41,254 nucleotides of DNA, from NCBI GenBank assembly GCA_052390515.1, contig JBQTGV010000213.1, forward strand, positions 1 to 41,254, written 5' to 3'. The notes below the pieces were generated by a model. That model searched no databases, was not told the DNA's origin, and worked only from the letters and a program-made list of their open reading frames with translations. Source of the stretch: Candidatus Eiseniibacteriota bacterium. GTDB lineage: Bacteria > ARS69. This document shows, in pieces, positions 1-9,481 of this stretch (its first letter is position 1; each line of letters starts with the position of its first letter). The translations under genes and the position numbers were made by a program.

Positions 1-642
1 CTCGGCGATCTCGACGTCGAGCCCGGGAGTGGCGGCGACGTCGCCGCCCGCGCGCGGGGCGACATCCGAGCGCGCCGCCTCCGCGCCGGCCCGCTCGATG
101 TCGACCGAACCGATCCAGGCTCCCGCCAGCTCCGCGCGGCCGAGACGCTCGGCCCACGCGCGCGAGACGACGAGATCGCCCCAGCGCATCACCAGCGCGC
201 CCTTCGCCTCGTCGTAGCGCAGCGCAGCGTTGCGCACTTCGATCGGCACGGGGAGGTCCGGATCGGAGGCGCGGAGCGTCACCGGGTCTTCCGCCGCGCG
301 GTCGATCTCCACGGCGAAGTCGTAGAGCAGCGCCGGTGCGAGGCCGCGTCCCGACGCCGGATCCTCCGCCCGGAGGGCGAAGCCTCCGCGCGCGACGCGC
401 GAGAGGGTGCCGCCCCCTCCGTCCAGCGCGAACACGAACAGCGGGGGTTCGAGCGCAGCCAGGTCCGGCGTGACAGCCACGGTCCGGGCGGTCCCCGTCA
501 CGGACAGGCCGAGCCGTTCGAGCCGGCCCTCGGGCAGGGAAAAGGCGATTCGCCCGGCGGCGCCGGCCGGTTCCGCCGCAGCGGCGAGGCCGGCGACGAG
601 GCAGGCTGTCAGGACGGCGGTGACCACGGGATGCCGCGGCAC
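1..642 (-). CDS. Secreted hypothetical protein, tandem paralog of 719..2794 (5' part; runs off window start)
   Basis: Not in the ORF track. Manual translation from GTG at 642 (GGAGA RBS) gives MPRHPVVTAVLTACLVAGLAAAAE...LEPPLFVFALD...RGGFAL...LLYDFAVEID...SDPDLPVPIEV...GDLVVSRAWAERLGRAELAGAWIGSVDI..., open to position 1. It aligns by eye with the N-terminal domain of the neighbouring gene. Confidence 0.85.
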   Translation of the reverse strand, partial: MPRHPVVTAVLTACLVAGLAAAAEPAGAAGRIAFSLPEGRLERLGLSVTGTARTVAVTPDLAALEPPLFVFALDGGGGTLSRVARGGFALRAEDPASGRGLAPALLYDFAVEIDRAAEDPVTLRASDPDLPVPIEVRNAALRYDEAKGALVMRWGDLVVSRAWAERLGRAELAGAWIGSVDIERAGAEAARSDVAPRAGGDVAATPGLDVEIAE

Positions 643-718
643 GGTGTCTCCGGTCCAGGGGCGAATCGGCGAGGCTCGATCATCCCAGATCCACCCCCGG
701 GCCGGCAAGGGGCAGCGG

Positions 719-2794
719 TCAGCGGACGAGGACCGTCCGTACCGACCTCGCCCCGCCTTCGGCGTGGAGCCGGAAGAAGTACACCCCGGAGGCGACGGCG
801 GCACCCTGAGCGTCGCGGCGGTCCCAGGAGTGCTCCGAGCTCCCGCCCGGCAGGGTGCCGTCGACGAGGACCCGCACGACGCGCCCGGTGACATCGACGA
901 CCGACAGCTTCGCGGGGGCGGTGCGGTCGAGCACCACGACGGCGGACGCGGCGCCGGAGAGCGTGAGCGACGGCGGGCCCCCGCGCTCGGCGATGACGGC
1001 CGCCGGCGCCGATGCCGCCGGAGCACGCGTCTCCATCGAGAAGCTCGTGGCGATCCCCGGGGCGAAGATGTCGGAGCGCGCGAGCGCGTCGACCGGCGGC
1101 CTGTCGGCGTCGAAGCGGAAGTTGTACAGGGTGTGATGGCGCAGCGCGTTCGCCGAGGGATCCGACGCCCACGTGCTCGTCGACCACTCGATCCGCCCGC
1201 CCGCCTGCGACACCGTCCAGTCGTTCGCGGCGTCCTTGTCGACGTCGTGGAACCCGATGTTCGTGAGGTTCGCCTGACCCACGGGGACACTGAAGGAGCG
1301 CACGCCCCGCCCGCTTCTCCAGTTGAAGAGCGCGTACTCGTAGTGCCAGGAGCCGCCGCCGAGATCGGTGACCCGTACCGCGAGGAGCACCTCGCCGTCG
1401 TCCTGCGCGACGCGCGTCGTGTAGCGCCGGTCGCCCCAGGTCGAGACGCGGGGGCCGTAGTTCGGCGCGTTGCCCGGGCCGACGATGGGGGTGAGCCAGG
1501 CGGAGCCGATCCAGGTGGGCGCGATCTGGCGCCAGCCGATGTGATTGCCGATGTTCTCGTCCCCAGCCACGATGTACGCCGCCTCGCAGTAGAAGGTCGC
1601 GCCGGAGACGGCGAGGTCCGAGTCTTCCACTTCCAGGCGGTGCTCGACCAGATCGGCCGCATCCCCGAAGTAGCTGCGCTGGCAGTCCACCGGCGTGGCG
1701 TCGAACCAGGAGCCGCACGCCTCCCACGCTCCGGTGTAGGGATCCACTTCCTCGCGCGGGCCGAGGTACAGCCGCGTCCCGTTGTTGATGACCGAGTACG
1801 TGTCCGAGCACCCCACGTCCAGCGTGTCGTGCCGCGACGAACTGCAGCCGAGCGAGCACAGGTCCTGGGACAGCGCGTTGAAGCCGTGCTTCAACCAGCT
1901 CGTGCCGATCATCTCGAGACGCCCGGCGGCGTCCAGCCGGTACATGACCATCGAGATCAGCGGATGGGTCTCCACCATCGGAGCGTCCCACGGGATCGGG
2001 GCCGTGCCGTCGTTGCACACGGAAGTCGCCATGGAGAAGCCGGAGCGGCCGTTCGGATAGAAGCCGAGGTGTCCGAGGCTCGCGACGCCGTACAGCTCGG
2101 CGAGCAGCAGGTCGATGCCAGTACCCACCGGCACGTACGGCTCGGGGGCGAGCTGCTCCGTCCGGTTTGGGGTCGATGCGGTGATCCGCACGTCGATCCC
2201 GCCGATCCAGAGGCCGCCGAGCTCGGGTCGGCCGAGTCGCGCCGCCCACGCTTCGCCGAGCCGCAGGTCGCCGGCCGCGGCGACGAGCGCGCGCGTGCCG
2301 GCATCGAAGTGTGCGCTCGTGCCGTGCACCTCGATCGGCGCGGGAAGCGCCGGATCCGCGGTGCACAGCGTGGCGAAGCGTGTCTCCTCCGGCGCGACGT
2401 CCACGGCGAAATCGAAGAGGAAGAGCGGCGTCAGCGCCTCACCTGTGCCCGGGCGCTCCGCGGCGAAGGCGAGCCCGCCGCGGACGGTGACCGCGGCGCA
2501 TCCCTCCTCGAAGCCGACGAGCCGCCCGCCGCGAGTTCGAAAGCGCACGGTTCGCTGCGCGTCCACGGCGAACGCGTGCAGCGGCGGCTCGAGCCCGACG
2601 GCGCTCGGCTCCGCGATGGCGGTGGAGCGCTCCGCGACGATCCGGAGCCCGAGGCCCTCGAGCAGGCGATCGTCGAGTGCGAGCGTGACGACGCCTTCGG
2701 TCGCGGTCCAGATCTGATCGGCCGCCGCCGGGCAGGCGAGGCAAGACCCGAGCAGGATGGCGGCCAGCGGACGCGGGAGTCCGGTGAAGCGCAA
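719..2794 (-). CDS. Secreted protein (691 aa): N-terminal domain, Cys-rich central domain (lysyl-oxidase-like by eye), C-terminal FlgD-Ig/T9SS-like sorting domain
   Basis: TTG start at 2794 with AGGAGG 10 nt upstream; signal peptide LAAILLGSCLACPAAA; C-terminus VVDVTGRVVRVLVDG...WDRRDAQGAAVASGVYFFRL is the FlgD-Ig signature. The ORF-track extension to 3688 is spurious. Confidence 0.85.
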   Translation of the reverse strand: MRFTGLPRPLAAILLGSCLACPAAADQIWTATEGVVTLALDDRLLEGLGLRIVAERSTAIAEPSAVGLEPPLHAFAVDAQRTVRFRTRGGRLVGFEEGCAAVTVRGGLAFAAERPGTGEALTPLFLFDFAVDVAPEETRFATLCTADPALPAPIEVHGTSAHFDAGTRALVAAAGDLRLGEAWAARLGRPELGGLWIGGIDVRITASTPNRTEQLAPEPYVPVGTGIDLLLAELYGVASLGHLGFYPNGRSGFSMATSVCNDGTAPIPWDAPMVETHPLISMVMYRLDAAGRLEMIGTSWLKHGFNALSQDLCSLGCSSSRHDTLDVGCSDTYSVINNGTRLYLGPREEVDPYTGAWEACGSWFDATPVDCQRSYFGDAADLVEHRLEVEDSDLAVSGATFYCEAAYIVAGDENIGNHIGWRQIAPTWIGSAWLTPIVGPGNAPNYGPRVSTWGDRRYTTRVAQDDGEVLLAVRVTDLGGGSWHYEYALFNWRSGRGVRSFSVPVGQANLTNIGFHDVDKDAANDWTVSQAGGRIEWSTSTWASDPSANALRHHTLYNFRFDADRPPVDALARSDIFAPGIATSFSMETRAPAASAPAAVIAERGGPPSLTLSGAASAVVVLDRTAPAKLSVVDVTGRVVRVLVDGTLPGGSSEHSWDRRDAQGAAVASGVYFFRLHAEGGARSVRTVLVR

Positions 2795-2942
2795 GTCGGG
2801 AGAACCTCCTGGTCGCGTTCCCTCCCGATCATCGGTGATCGGCGGCCGCGCTTGCAAGGCGCAGATTGACGCTTGGGCTGCCGCGGTGGGACGCCGATGA
2901 GTATCGTGCAGCGGAACCCACGGGTTGCCGCCGGGGTACGGG

Positions 2943-2971
2943 TTGCAATCCCGGGAGTCACGGTTCAGAAT
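2943..2971 (+). promoter_or_regulatory. Putative sigma70 promoter (TTGCAA-N17-CAGAAT)
   Basis: 17-bp spacer; ends 9 nt before the ATG at 2981, which has no SD. Confidence 0.45.
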
Positions 2972-2980
2972 GGTGCGACT

Positions 2981-3604
2981 ATGATTCTTCTCCCCGGCGG
3001 GATTCTCCGGGCGTCGGTCTGGGATCCGGAGCTGCGGGAAACGGTGATGAAGGACGTCACCGCGGACCTGCCGTATTTCCTTCGCACGGCCATCCGGCTG
3101 CACGACCAGGTCACGCTCCGCGACGTGCTCGCGCTCGCCGAGGCGCATCGGGACTTCCTGCTGCCGCTGTTCACCGACCTGCTCGACGACTTCGTCGAGG
3201 AAGTGAAGCGGCCCGCCGCGCACGAGGAGCTCTGCGAGCTCGACTACCTGGAGATCGCCTGGGAGTGTCTCGCCGAGGGGAATCGCTTCGACCTGCAGCC
3301 GGTGCTGCTCGGCAGGAACCACGAGGACCCGGAGGCCTACTCCGTGGAGGCCGTCCCGACGAACGCGATGGGACACCTTCCCGTGCTGCTGCGCGCCGAT
3401 TTCCAGATGAAGCTCGGCAAGTCGGCGCACGCCGGTCCCGGATCCAAGCGCTCCTTCCGCCGCGAGTTCCTGCTCTACGACGTGTTCGACGCGGTGCTCG
3501 CGGAGATCACGTTCCACGGCGATCCGACCGAGCGCGACCGCTGGTGGCGCGAGATCGGCAGCCGGGAAGCCGAGCCGGGCGAAGGGGCCGACGAGGAAGT
3601 CTGA
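2981..3604 (+). CDS. Acidic hypothetical protein (207 aa)
   Basis: Strong GC3 codon bias and protein-like composition (MILLPGG...LYDVFDAVLAEITFHG); fits between divergent and convergent neighbours. Confidence 0.75.
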   Translation: MILLPGGILRASVWDPELRETVMKDVTADLPYFLRTAIRLHDQVTLRDVLALAEAHRDFLLPLFTDLLDDFVEEVKRPAAHEELCELDYLEIAWECLAEGNRFDLQPVLLGRNHEDPEAYSVEAVPTNAMGHLPVLLRADFQMKLGKSAHAGPGSKRSFRREFLLYDVFDAVLAEITFHGDPTERDRWWREIGSREAEPGEGADEEV

Positions 3605-3614
3605 GCGGAGCGGG

Positions 3615-4946
3615 TCACGCTTCGCCCCGCGCCGCGGCGATCGCCGCGGCCTTCGCCCGCGCATCCTGCTTCGCCCGTTCCACCGCATCGGCCGATTCGT
3701 CCGCGTCGGCCGGCTTCCATTCGCTCGGATGCACGTGCAGGGTCTGGGTCGGGAACGCGAACACCACGCCGAGGCTGCGCGCGAGCCGCAGGATGTCGAG
3801 CAGCAGCCGGTGGCGATCCTCCAGCTCCTCGTCGAGGCGCTCGGTGCGGAAGTAGACGTTGAGCAGCACGTCGACGGACGAGGCCGAGAACTCGTAAGCG
3901 CTCACCGAGATCTGGTCCTTCCGCGTCGCCGGGTTCAGCCGCACCAGCTCCCGGACGCCTTCGCAGAAGGACTCGATGCGCTCCGGAGGCGTGTCGTAGC
4001 GGAGGGAGAGCGTTGTCCGCCAGCGTCTCCAGGCCCGCGCGCCGAGGTTGTCGACGTTGCTGCTGATGAGGTTCGCGTTCGGTACGGTGATCAGCGAATC
4101 GTACGCCGTCCGCACGCGCGTGCTGCGGAAGCCGACTTCCTCCACCACGCCCTCCACGTCGCCGATGCGGACCAGGTCGCCCACGGCGAAGGGCTTGTCC
4201 ACCAGCACCGTGATGGAGCCGAAGAGGTTCTTGACGGTGTCCTGCGCGGCCAGCGCGAGCGCCAGCCCGCCGAGGCCGAGTCCCGCCAGCAGGCTGGAGA
4301 TGTCCACGTTCAGGTTGTCGGCGACGAACACGAGGCCGAACGCGAGGATCAGGATCTTCAGCGACTTGCGGATCATCGGCGCGAGCAGGTCGTCGAACCG
4401 GGACGACGTCTGCCGCGCCCGCTGCGTGAGGATCTCGCCGATGACGTCGGTGAAGCGGTAGGCCAGCCACACGGCGGATCCGGCGAGCACGACCTTCACG
4501 GCGAGGAACAGGCCGCCCAGCATGCCTTCGGGAAGGCCGAGCAAGGGCAGGCCGGAGCCCCACACCAGGGCCATGGCCAGCATGCCCGCCGGGCGGACGG
4601 CCGCGCGGCGGACCCTCGCGTCACCGTCGGGCAGGAAGCGGACGAGAGTCCGCTTCGCCACCAGCCCGAGCAGGGAGCGCGTGACCCGGTCGACGAGGAG
4701 GCCCACGACGACGAGGAGCAGAAGCCCGAGCCACTGCCAGTTCTCGAGCAGGAAGCTCCCGCGGTGGAGCTCATCGGGGACGAGAGACCGGAGCCAGCCG
4801 GCGGCGGAACGGACCGGGGCGCCCTCGACGGGGGAGCCCGCGGGAGCCGGTGCCTCGGCCCGGGCGGCAGCGGCGGAGAGACCGGCGGCGAAGGCGGCGG
4901 CGAGGCCGATCGCGGCGGCGAGGCGGCGGAACACAGGCGGGAACAT
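3615..4946 (-). CDS. mscS: Small-conductance mechanosensitive channel (MscS family, YnaI-like)
   Basis: Motifs LLAGLGLGGLALALAAQDTVKNLFGS, DKPFAVGDLV, EGVVEEVGFRSTRVRT, ITVPNA and VFAFPTQ; signal-like N-terminus. Confidence 0.93.
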   Translation of the reverse strand: MFPPVFRRLAAAIGLAAAFAAGLSAAAARAEAPAPAGSPVEGAPVRSAAGWLRSLVPDELHRGSFLLENWQWLGLLLLVVVGLLVDRVTRSLLGLVAKRTLVRFLPDGDARVRRAAVRPAGMLAMALVWGSGLPLLGLPEGMLGGLFLAVKVVLAGSAVWLAYRFTDVIGEILTQRARQTSSRFDDLLAPMIRKSLKILILAFGLVFVADNLNVDISSLLAGLGLGGLALALAAQDTVKNLFGSITVLVDKPFAVGDLVRIGDVEGVVEEVGFRSTRVRTAYDSLITVPNANLISSNVDNLGARAWRRWRTTLSLRYDTPPERIESFCEGVRELVRLNPATRKDQISVSAYEFSASSVDVLLNVYFRTERLDEELEDRHRLLLDILRLARSLGVVFAFPTQTLHVHPSEWKPADADESADAVERAKQDARAKAAAIAAARGEA

Positions 4947-5027
4947 ACCCCCTCTTGCAATCCGGCAGAAGATCGCGGAGATTGTTCGCCCCTGGGTGCA
5001 CCGAACCTCGAGGCCCGGCGGCCGCCT

Positions 5028-5822
5028 GTGAATCTCGCCAAATTCTCGCGGATGCTCTCCCTGGTGCTGCTGCCGGCTGCTGCTGCGGCCCAGGCACCGC
5101 CGGTCTCCGGACCTGTCCCGCTGCAGACCGAACCGCTCGACGAGGAAGGCGGCGGCCCGCCGTTCGTTCGGCTGGGAGTGGCGGCCTTCGGGTCGGCCGG
5201 CACCTACCGGATGAACGACCTCAACGAGACGATCTCGGAGCTGACGCCGATCGCGCGCGTGGAGTGGGGCGCGCCCGAGATCACCCTGGATCCGATCGAG
5301 AGCGGGGTCGGATATGGCGGGGGTCTGGTCGCGCTCTTCCGCGAGAAGTGGCTGGTCGCGGTGGATTACGAGCGCGTGATCGGCAAGAGCGAAGTGGGCG
5401 GACAGCTGGGCAAGTCCGTGTTCGAGGCGCCCGCCACCGCCATCCTCGCGACCGTCGGCGCGGCCTTCTACTCCGGGAACGGCATCCAGGTCGGGCTCGG
5501 AGCGGGTCTCGGCCGCTACGAGTCGGACATGACCGCGGAGTTCCTGCACGACGAGGAAGTCGTGGAGAGGGTCTCCCTCGGCGGTGACGCCCTCGGACAG
5601 CACTACACCATGTGGATCGATTCGCCGGCCCTCGGCAAGTTCCGGATCTTCGCCATGCTCGGGTACCGCCGCGCGAAGATCACCGACGTGTCGTTCGAGG
5701 TCGAGATCCCGGACCCGATCCCGACGGAGGGGCTGACCTACCCGATCTCCTCGGAGGGCAACTCGCTCGACTGGTCCGGCTTCACGAGCCGGGCCGCCGT
5801 GCAGTACACGTTCGAGCTCTAG
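5028..5822 (+). CDS. Putative outer-membrane beta-barrel protein
   Basis: Signal peptide (MLSLVLLPAAAAA), alternating amphipathic strands, C-terminal VQYTFEL. The start may be GTG 5028 or ATG 5052. Confidence 0.7.
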   Translation: MNLAKFSRMLSLVLLPAAAAAQAPPVSGPVPLQTEPLDEEGGGPPFVRLGVAAFGSAGTYRMNDLNETISELTPIARVEWGAPEITLDPIESGVGYGGGLVALFREKWLVAVDYERVIGKSEVGGQLGKSVFEAPATAILATVGAAFYSGNGIQVGLGAGLGRYESDMTAEFLHDEEVVERVSLGGDALGQHYTMWIDSPALGKFRIFAMLGYRRAKITDVSFEVEIPDPIPTEGLTYPISSEGNSLDWSGFTSRAAVQYTFEL

Positions 5823-5829
5823 AATTTCC

Positions 5830-6759
5830 TCAGGCTGCCGCCACCCCTTCGCGCAACGACGAGGTCTCCTCGGCCACGCGGATCACGCCGCCGGCCATCG
5901 CGCGGATCAGATCCAACGCCATGTCGAAGTGGTCCTCCAGCACGTCGAGCATCGGTTCGGTGTCGTTGCGGAACGCGACGACCGGAACTTCCGCGACCGC
6001 CGTGTACCAGCGCGGGTCGCCGCTGAGCCTCTCCAGGTTGCCGAGCGGGTAGCCCGGCCCCACGCGGAAGCGGGAAAGCCCCCACTGCGTCGTGCACGCG
6101 ACCGTTCCTTCGAGGAGGATCAGCGCGTGACCGGAGCGGTCGCCCGACTTCCAAAGCGTCGCGCCGGCGGGCACGTGCACCTCCTGCGTGAAGCGCGCGA
6201 GCTGCGTGACGGCGTCCAGGCTGGAATTCGCGAAGGTTGCGCCGGGCCGGCGGAGGAGCAGGATCCGCTCCACCAGATCGAGCGGGCGGCCGGAGTAACG
6301 CACCTTGCCCTCCAGCGGCGCGAGGTACGTGCCCGGAGGAATGCGGCGACGATACTCCAGCGTGCGGCGCGCCAATCCCTGGATGAGGCCGTGCGTGATG
6401 GTGAAGTGGTCCTCCAGGATGTCGTGGAGGACATCCTCGTCGAACTCGAGCGACACCGTGTCCTCGACGGCGACCGCTTCCACTCCCTCCGGACGACGCG
6501 CGAGCATGCTGTGGAACGCGACGGCGTCGCGGGGGCCGAGGTCGGCGCCGTCGAGGAACTCCCCGCCGGTGGCGTGGACGGCGCCATCGACGATCACGTG
6601 GTAGGCCTCGGCGCGGCGGCCGCGGCGCAGCAGAGCTTCGCCGGCGCGGAAGCGGCGTTCCCGGGCGTGCTCGGCGAAGACCGCGATCTGCGAGAGCGGC
6701 AGCTCCCCCGTCGGACCGAGCGACCGCAGGAAGATCGCCCGCTCCATCGGGCCGATCAT
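5830..6759 (-). CDS. Tandem cyclic nucleotide-binding (cNMP/Crp-type) domain protein, no HTH
   Basis: Two repeats, each starting with an ER-x-x-(F/L)LR-type helix, then F-x-AGE-x-L / VPAGATLWKSGD, IVDGAV / LLEGTV, and AVAVED / AVAEVP. Confidence 0.85.
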   Translation of the reverse strand: MIGPMERAIFLRSLGPTGELPLSQIAVFAEHARERRFRAGEALLRRGRRAEAYHVIVDGAVHATGGEFLDGADLGPRDAVAFHSMLARRPEGVEAVAVEDTVSLEFDEDVLHDILEDHFTITHGLIQGLARRTLEYRRRIPPGTYLAPLEGKVRYSGRPLDLVERILLLRRPGATFANSSLDAVTQLARFTQEVHVPAGATLWKSGDRSGHALILLEGTVACTTQWGLSRFRVGPGYPLGNLERLSGDPRWYTAVAEVPVVAFRNDTEPMLDVLEDHFDMALDLIRAMAGGVIRVAEETSSLREGVAAA

Positions 6760-6766
6760 CCGCAGG

Positions 6767-9481
6767 CTATCCTTGGGCAACAACGGCCACCTCCCGGCGC
6801 GGGTCATCCAGCCGCGCGAGCGCGTTGCGGAACGAATCGCCGGTCGTCCCCGCGGTCTGCTCGCAGAGCGTCAACAGATCCTGGCGAAGCTCGGAGAGGC
6901 CGAGGTCGGCGACGTGGTACGCCACGATGCAGCGGAGCGGCAAGCTCCTCTCCCGCAGCAGGGTCCGGAGCAGCTCGGACCGCTCGCGGCCGGGGGGACG
7001 GTACCAGCGCCGTCCCGCGGCCAGTCGCTGGGTGTCGGGAATGTCGTCGAGCAGCCCGGCGACGGCGTCGCGCAGCGGCGTCCGGAGCACGCTCTCCAGG
7101 AGCTCGCGCCCGCTCGCTCGCGCCTTGCGGTCGGCCGAGCTCACGCCGCGGTAGATCCGTTTGAAGTCTTCCCTGGGGTAGCGGAGGCTGAACAGCCGGA
7201 ACAGGCGCTCGACGGCGTGCGCCTCCTTGTGCTGCAGGAACTCGACGAGCAGCGCGCGGAATGCTCCGTCGTCCTTGGCCAGCGAGACGCGCCAGTCGAT
7301 CAGCCGGAAGATCCGCTCCAGCGTGGACTCGATGGCGGTGTCGAGGACCGCGGAATCGAGCGGCAGTCCGGGCCATCGCGTGCGCAGGTGCCCGAGAGCC
7401 CGCAGAACCTTGAAGCGCACGATCCCGTCGCGGTCCGTGTTCAGCCGCGCCAGCAGCACGGGAGCGACGCGCTGCGGATCGAAGCGCATGAGTGTTCGCG
7501 GGATGTGGCGGCGGATCGAGTCCGGCACGGCTTCGTCGGCGAGGGACGAGGCCAGCAGCTCGAGCGCCGGTTCGCCGATGGCGACGAGCGAGCCGCGCGC
7601 CTCCTCGCGCGCGTCGCGCAGGGCCAGCATGGACCGCAGCGCGACCACGTAGCGGGGGCTCGGCGCGGCGCGCATCGCCCGCGCCACCTCGCGCGCCACG
7701 AGCGGGTCCTTACCTCCAGCCAGGGCGAGGAGCGCGCCGTCGAAGCGCGGATCCGGTCGCCGGGCAATCGCCCGCGCGACGGCCTGCTTCGCCGTGCTCG
7801 AGCCGGCGTAGACCAACGTCTCCAGGATCGAGGACACGCGCGGGTGCACGTCCTTCCCGCAGGTCAGCCCCACCAGCGCGGTGGCGCGGACCTCGGCGGA
7901 CTCGTCTTGAAGCGCCCGTTCGAGGACGGCCGGGTCGGCCTCTCCCTGCGGCAGTGCCAGCAGCGCGGCCGTTCGCACCTCCGGCTCCGGCCGAGAGAGC
8001 AGCCGATCGATCAGCCGGTGATGATCCGATCGCCCCGACGCGTCGAAGAGCTCGAGCGCCCTGACCACCACGGAAGGTGAAGGGTGGTAGAGCACGAGCG
8101 GCGGCACCAGCCGGATTCGCCCCTTCTGCGCGAGCAGGTCGAGCGCGGCGATCACTTCCGCCTCGTCGGGGCTCGAGAGCGCGCCGATCAGCGTCTCCAG
8201 CGACGCGAGATCCAGGTCCGGGAAGTCCATCCGCGTGCGCACCGCGCCCTCCTCCAGCGCGCTGCGGAAGAGATCGAAGTAGCGCTGCTTCATGCCGACG
8301 GCCAGGACGATCCACAGCACGCACAACGCCGCGAGCAGCGCCCCGAGCACGGCGTCGTGGATGCCCACGGCCGTGACGGCGAGGAAGGTGAGGGAGGCGA
8401 CCGCCTGGCCGCCGCGCTGGCCGACCACGTCCACGACCGCCTTCACCCGCCGCCGCCACTCCCCCGGCAAGGGGACCGAGAGCACCTCGGTGGCGGTGCG
8501 GTGCAGCGAGTGACGCAGCGTGCCGTCGAACACCTTGACGAGCACGGCGGCGAGGAGCGCTCCGCCCGCCGCGAACCAGACGGAGGCGCCCAGCACGAGC
8601 ACCGGCAGGAACGCGAGCAGCCGGTCGAGTCCGAGGCTGCGCGTCATCCAGGCCACCAGCGTGAGCTGGGCGACCAGCGAGAGCACGTTCACGATCAGGT
8701 AGACGAGCGCGAAGAGCCAGGCGAGCTGCTCCGGCTGGACGCTCCGCGCCATGACCGTCTTGAAGACGAGGTCCACGAGCGTGAGCGTGATCGTGGAGAC
8801 GAGCAGGAGCCCGCCGAGATTGCGGACGTAGTCGTGCCGCCAGATGGCGCGAAGCGTGGCCACGAGACCCTCGGGAGCGTCGTCGCGGCGGCGCGGCGCG
8901 GTCTCGTCCGCGCGCCGAGAGATCACCGCGGGCGCGAGCGACGCGGCCAGGAAGACTGCCGCTGCGGCGGCCACCATGTGCCGCGCGTCGTACCGGACGG
9001 CGATGGCCTGCGCGACGGCGGAACCGGCCACGGCGCCGAGGATCCCTCCCGTGCCGACCAGGGCGAAGAGGCGCTTTGCCTGCGTGACCGTGAACGTGTC
9101 GCCGGCCAGCAGCCAGAAGCGAACGACGAGCACGGAGGAAAGCAGGCCCGACCAGATGTAGAGGACGTAGAGGATCCAGTCGCCGGCGCGCCCGACCAAG
9201 GCCCACAGCCCGAGCGTGACCGCCGCCGCCGCGGCGATGGATGCGCCCAGAGCGAAGCGGCCGGCGCGGAAGGCGAGGTTCGGCACCCGGGAGACGGCCA
9301 CCGCCGCCGCAGCGATCCCGAGATACACGAGCGGGAGGCGCACGGCCGGGATGCTGGCGAGGAACAGCGCGTCGCGCGCGGTCTCGAGCAGCGAATGTCC
9401 GGCCAAGATGCCGAACAGCGTGAGGAAGGCGCCCGCCGTGTCCCGCCCCTCGCCCGGACGGACGCCGAGCCTCAGGGCCAC
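6767..9481 (-). CDS. Npt1/TLC-family (MFS-like) nucleotide transporter fused to HEAT repeats
   Basis: GVRPGEG N-terminus; LLETARDALFL; FWLLAGDTFTVTQAKRLFALVGTGGILGAVAG; LVDLVFK; DGTLRHSLHRTATEVL; HEAT-like C-terminal repeats (DESAEVRATAL, DGIVRFKVLRALG). GTG start overlaps the end of pepP. Confidence 0.85.
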   Translation of the reverse strand: MALRLGVRPGEGRDTAGAFLTLFGILAGHSLLETARDALFLASIPAVRLPLVYLGIAAAAVAVSRVPNLAFRAGRFALGASIAAAAAVTLGLWALVGRAGDWILYVLYIWSGLLSSVLVVRFWLLAGDTFTVTQAKRLFALVGTGGILGAVAGSAVAQAIAVRYDARHMVAAAAAVFLAASLAPAVISRRADETAPRRRDDAPEGLVATLRAIWRHDYVRNLGGLLLVSTITLTLVDLVFKTVMARSVQPEQLAWLFALVYLIVNVLSLVAQLTLVAWMTRSLGLDRLLAFLPVLVLGASVWFAAGGALLAAVLVKVFDGTLRHSLHRTATEVLSVPLPGEWRRRVKAVVDVVGQRGGQAVASLTFLAVTAVGIHDAVLGALLAALCVLWIVLAVGMKQRYFDLFRSALEEGAVRTRMDFPDLDLASLETLIGALSSPDEAEVIAALDLLAQKGRIRLVPPLVLYHPSPSVVVRALELFDASGRSDHHRLIDRLLSRPEPEVRTAALLALPQGEADPAVLERALQDESAEVRATALVGLTCGKDVHPRVSSILETLVYAGSSTAKQAVARAIARRPDPRFDGALLALAGGKDPLVAREVARAMRAAPSPRYVVALRSMLALRDAREEARGSLVAIGEPALELLASSLADEAVPDSIRRHIPRTLMRFDPQRVAPVLLARLNTDRDGIVRFKVLRALGHLRTRWPGLPLDSAVLDTAIESTLERIFRLIDWRVSLAKDDGAFRALLVEFLQHKEAHAVERLFRLFSLRYPREDFKRIYRGVSSADRKARASGRELLESVLRTPLRDAVAGLLDDIPDTQRLAAGRRWYRPPGRERSELLRTLLRERSLPLRCIVAYHVADLGLSELRQDLLTLCEQTAGTTGDSFRNALARLDDPRREVAVVAQG

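Noticed and set aside
407-2869. 820-aa + strand ORF (and 609..2366 -)
   Set aside because: Antisense or alternate-frame shadows of the real minus-strand gene; Arg/Pro/Gly-rich with no motifs, as expected at high GC.
2795-3688. N-terminal extension of ORF 719..3688
   Set aside because: Antisense to the 2981..3604 gene; the real start is TTG 2794 with RBS and signal peptide.
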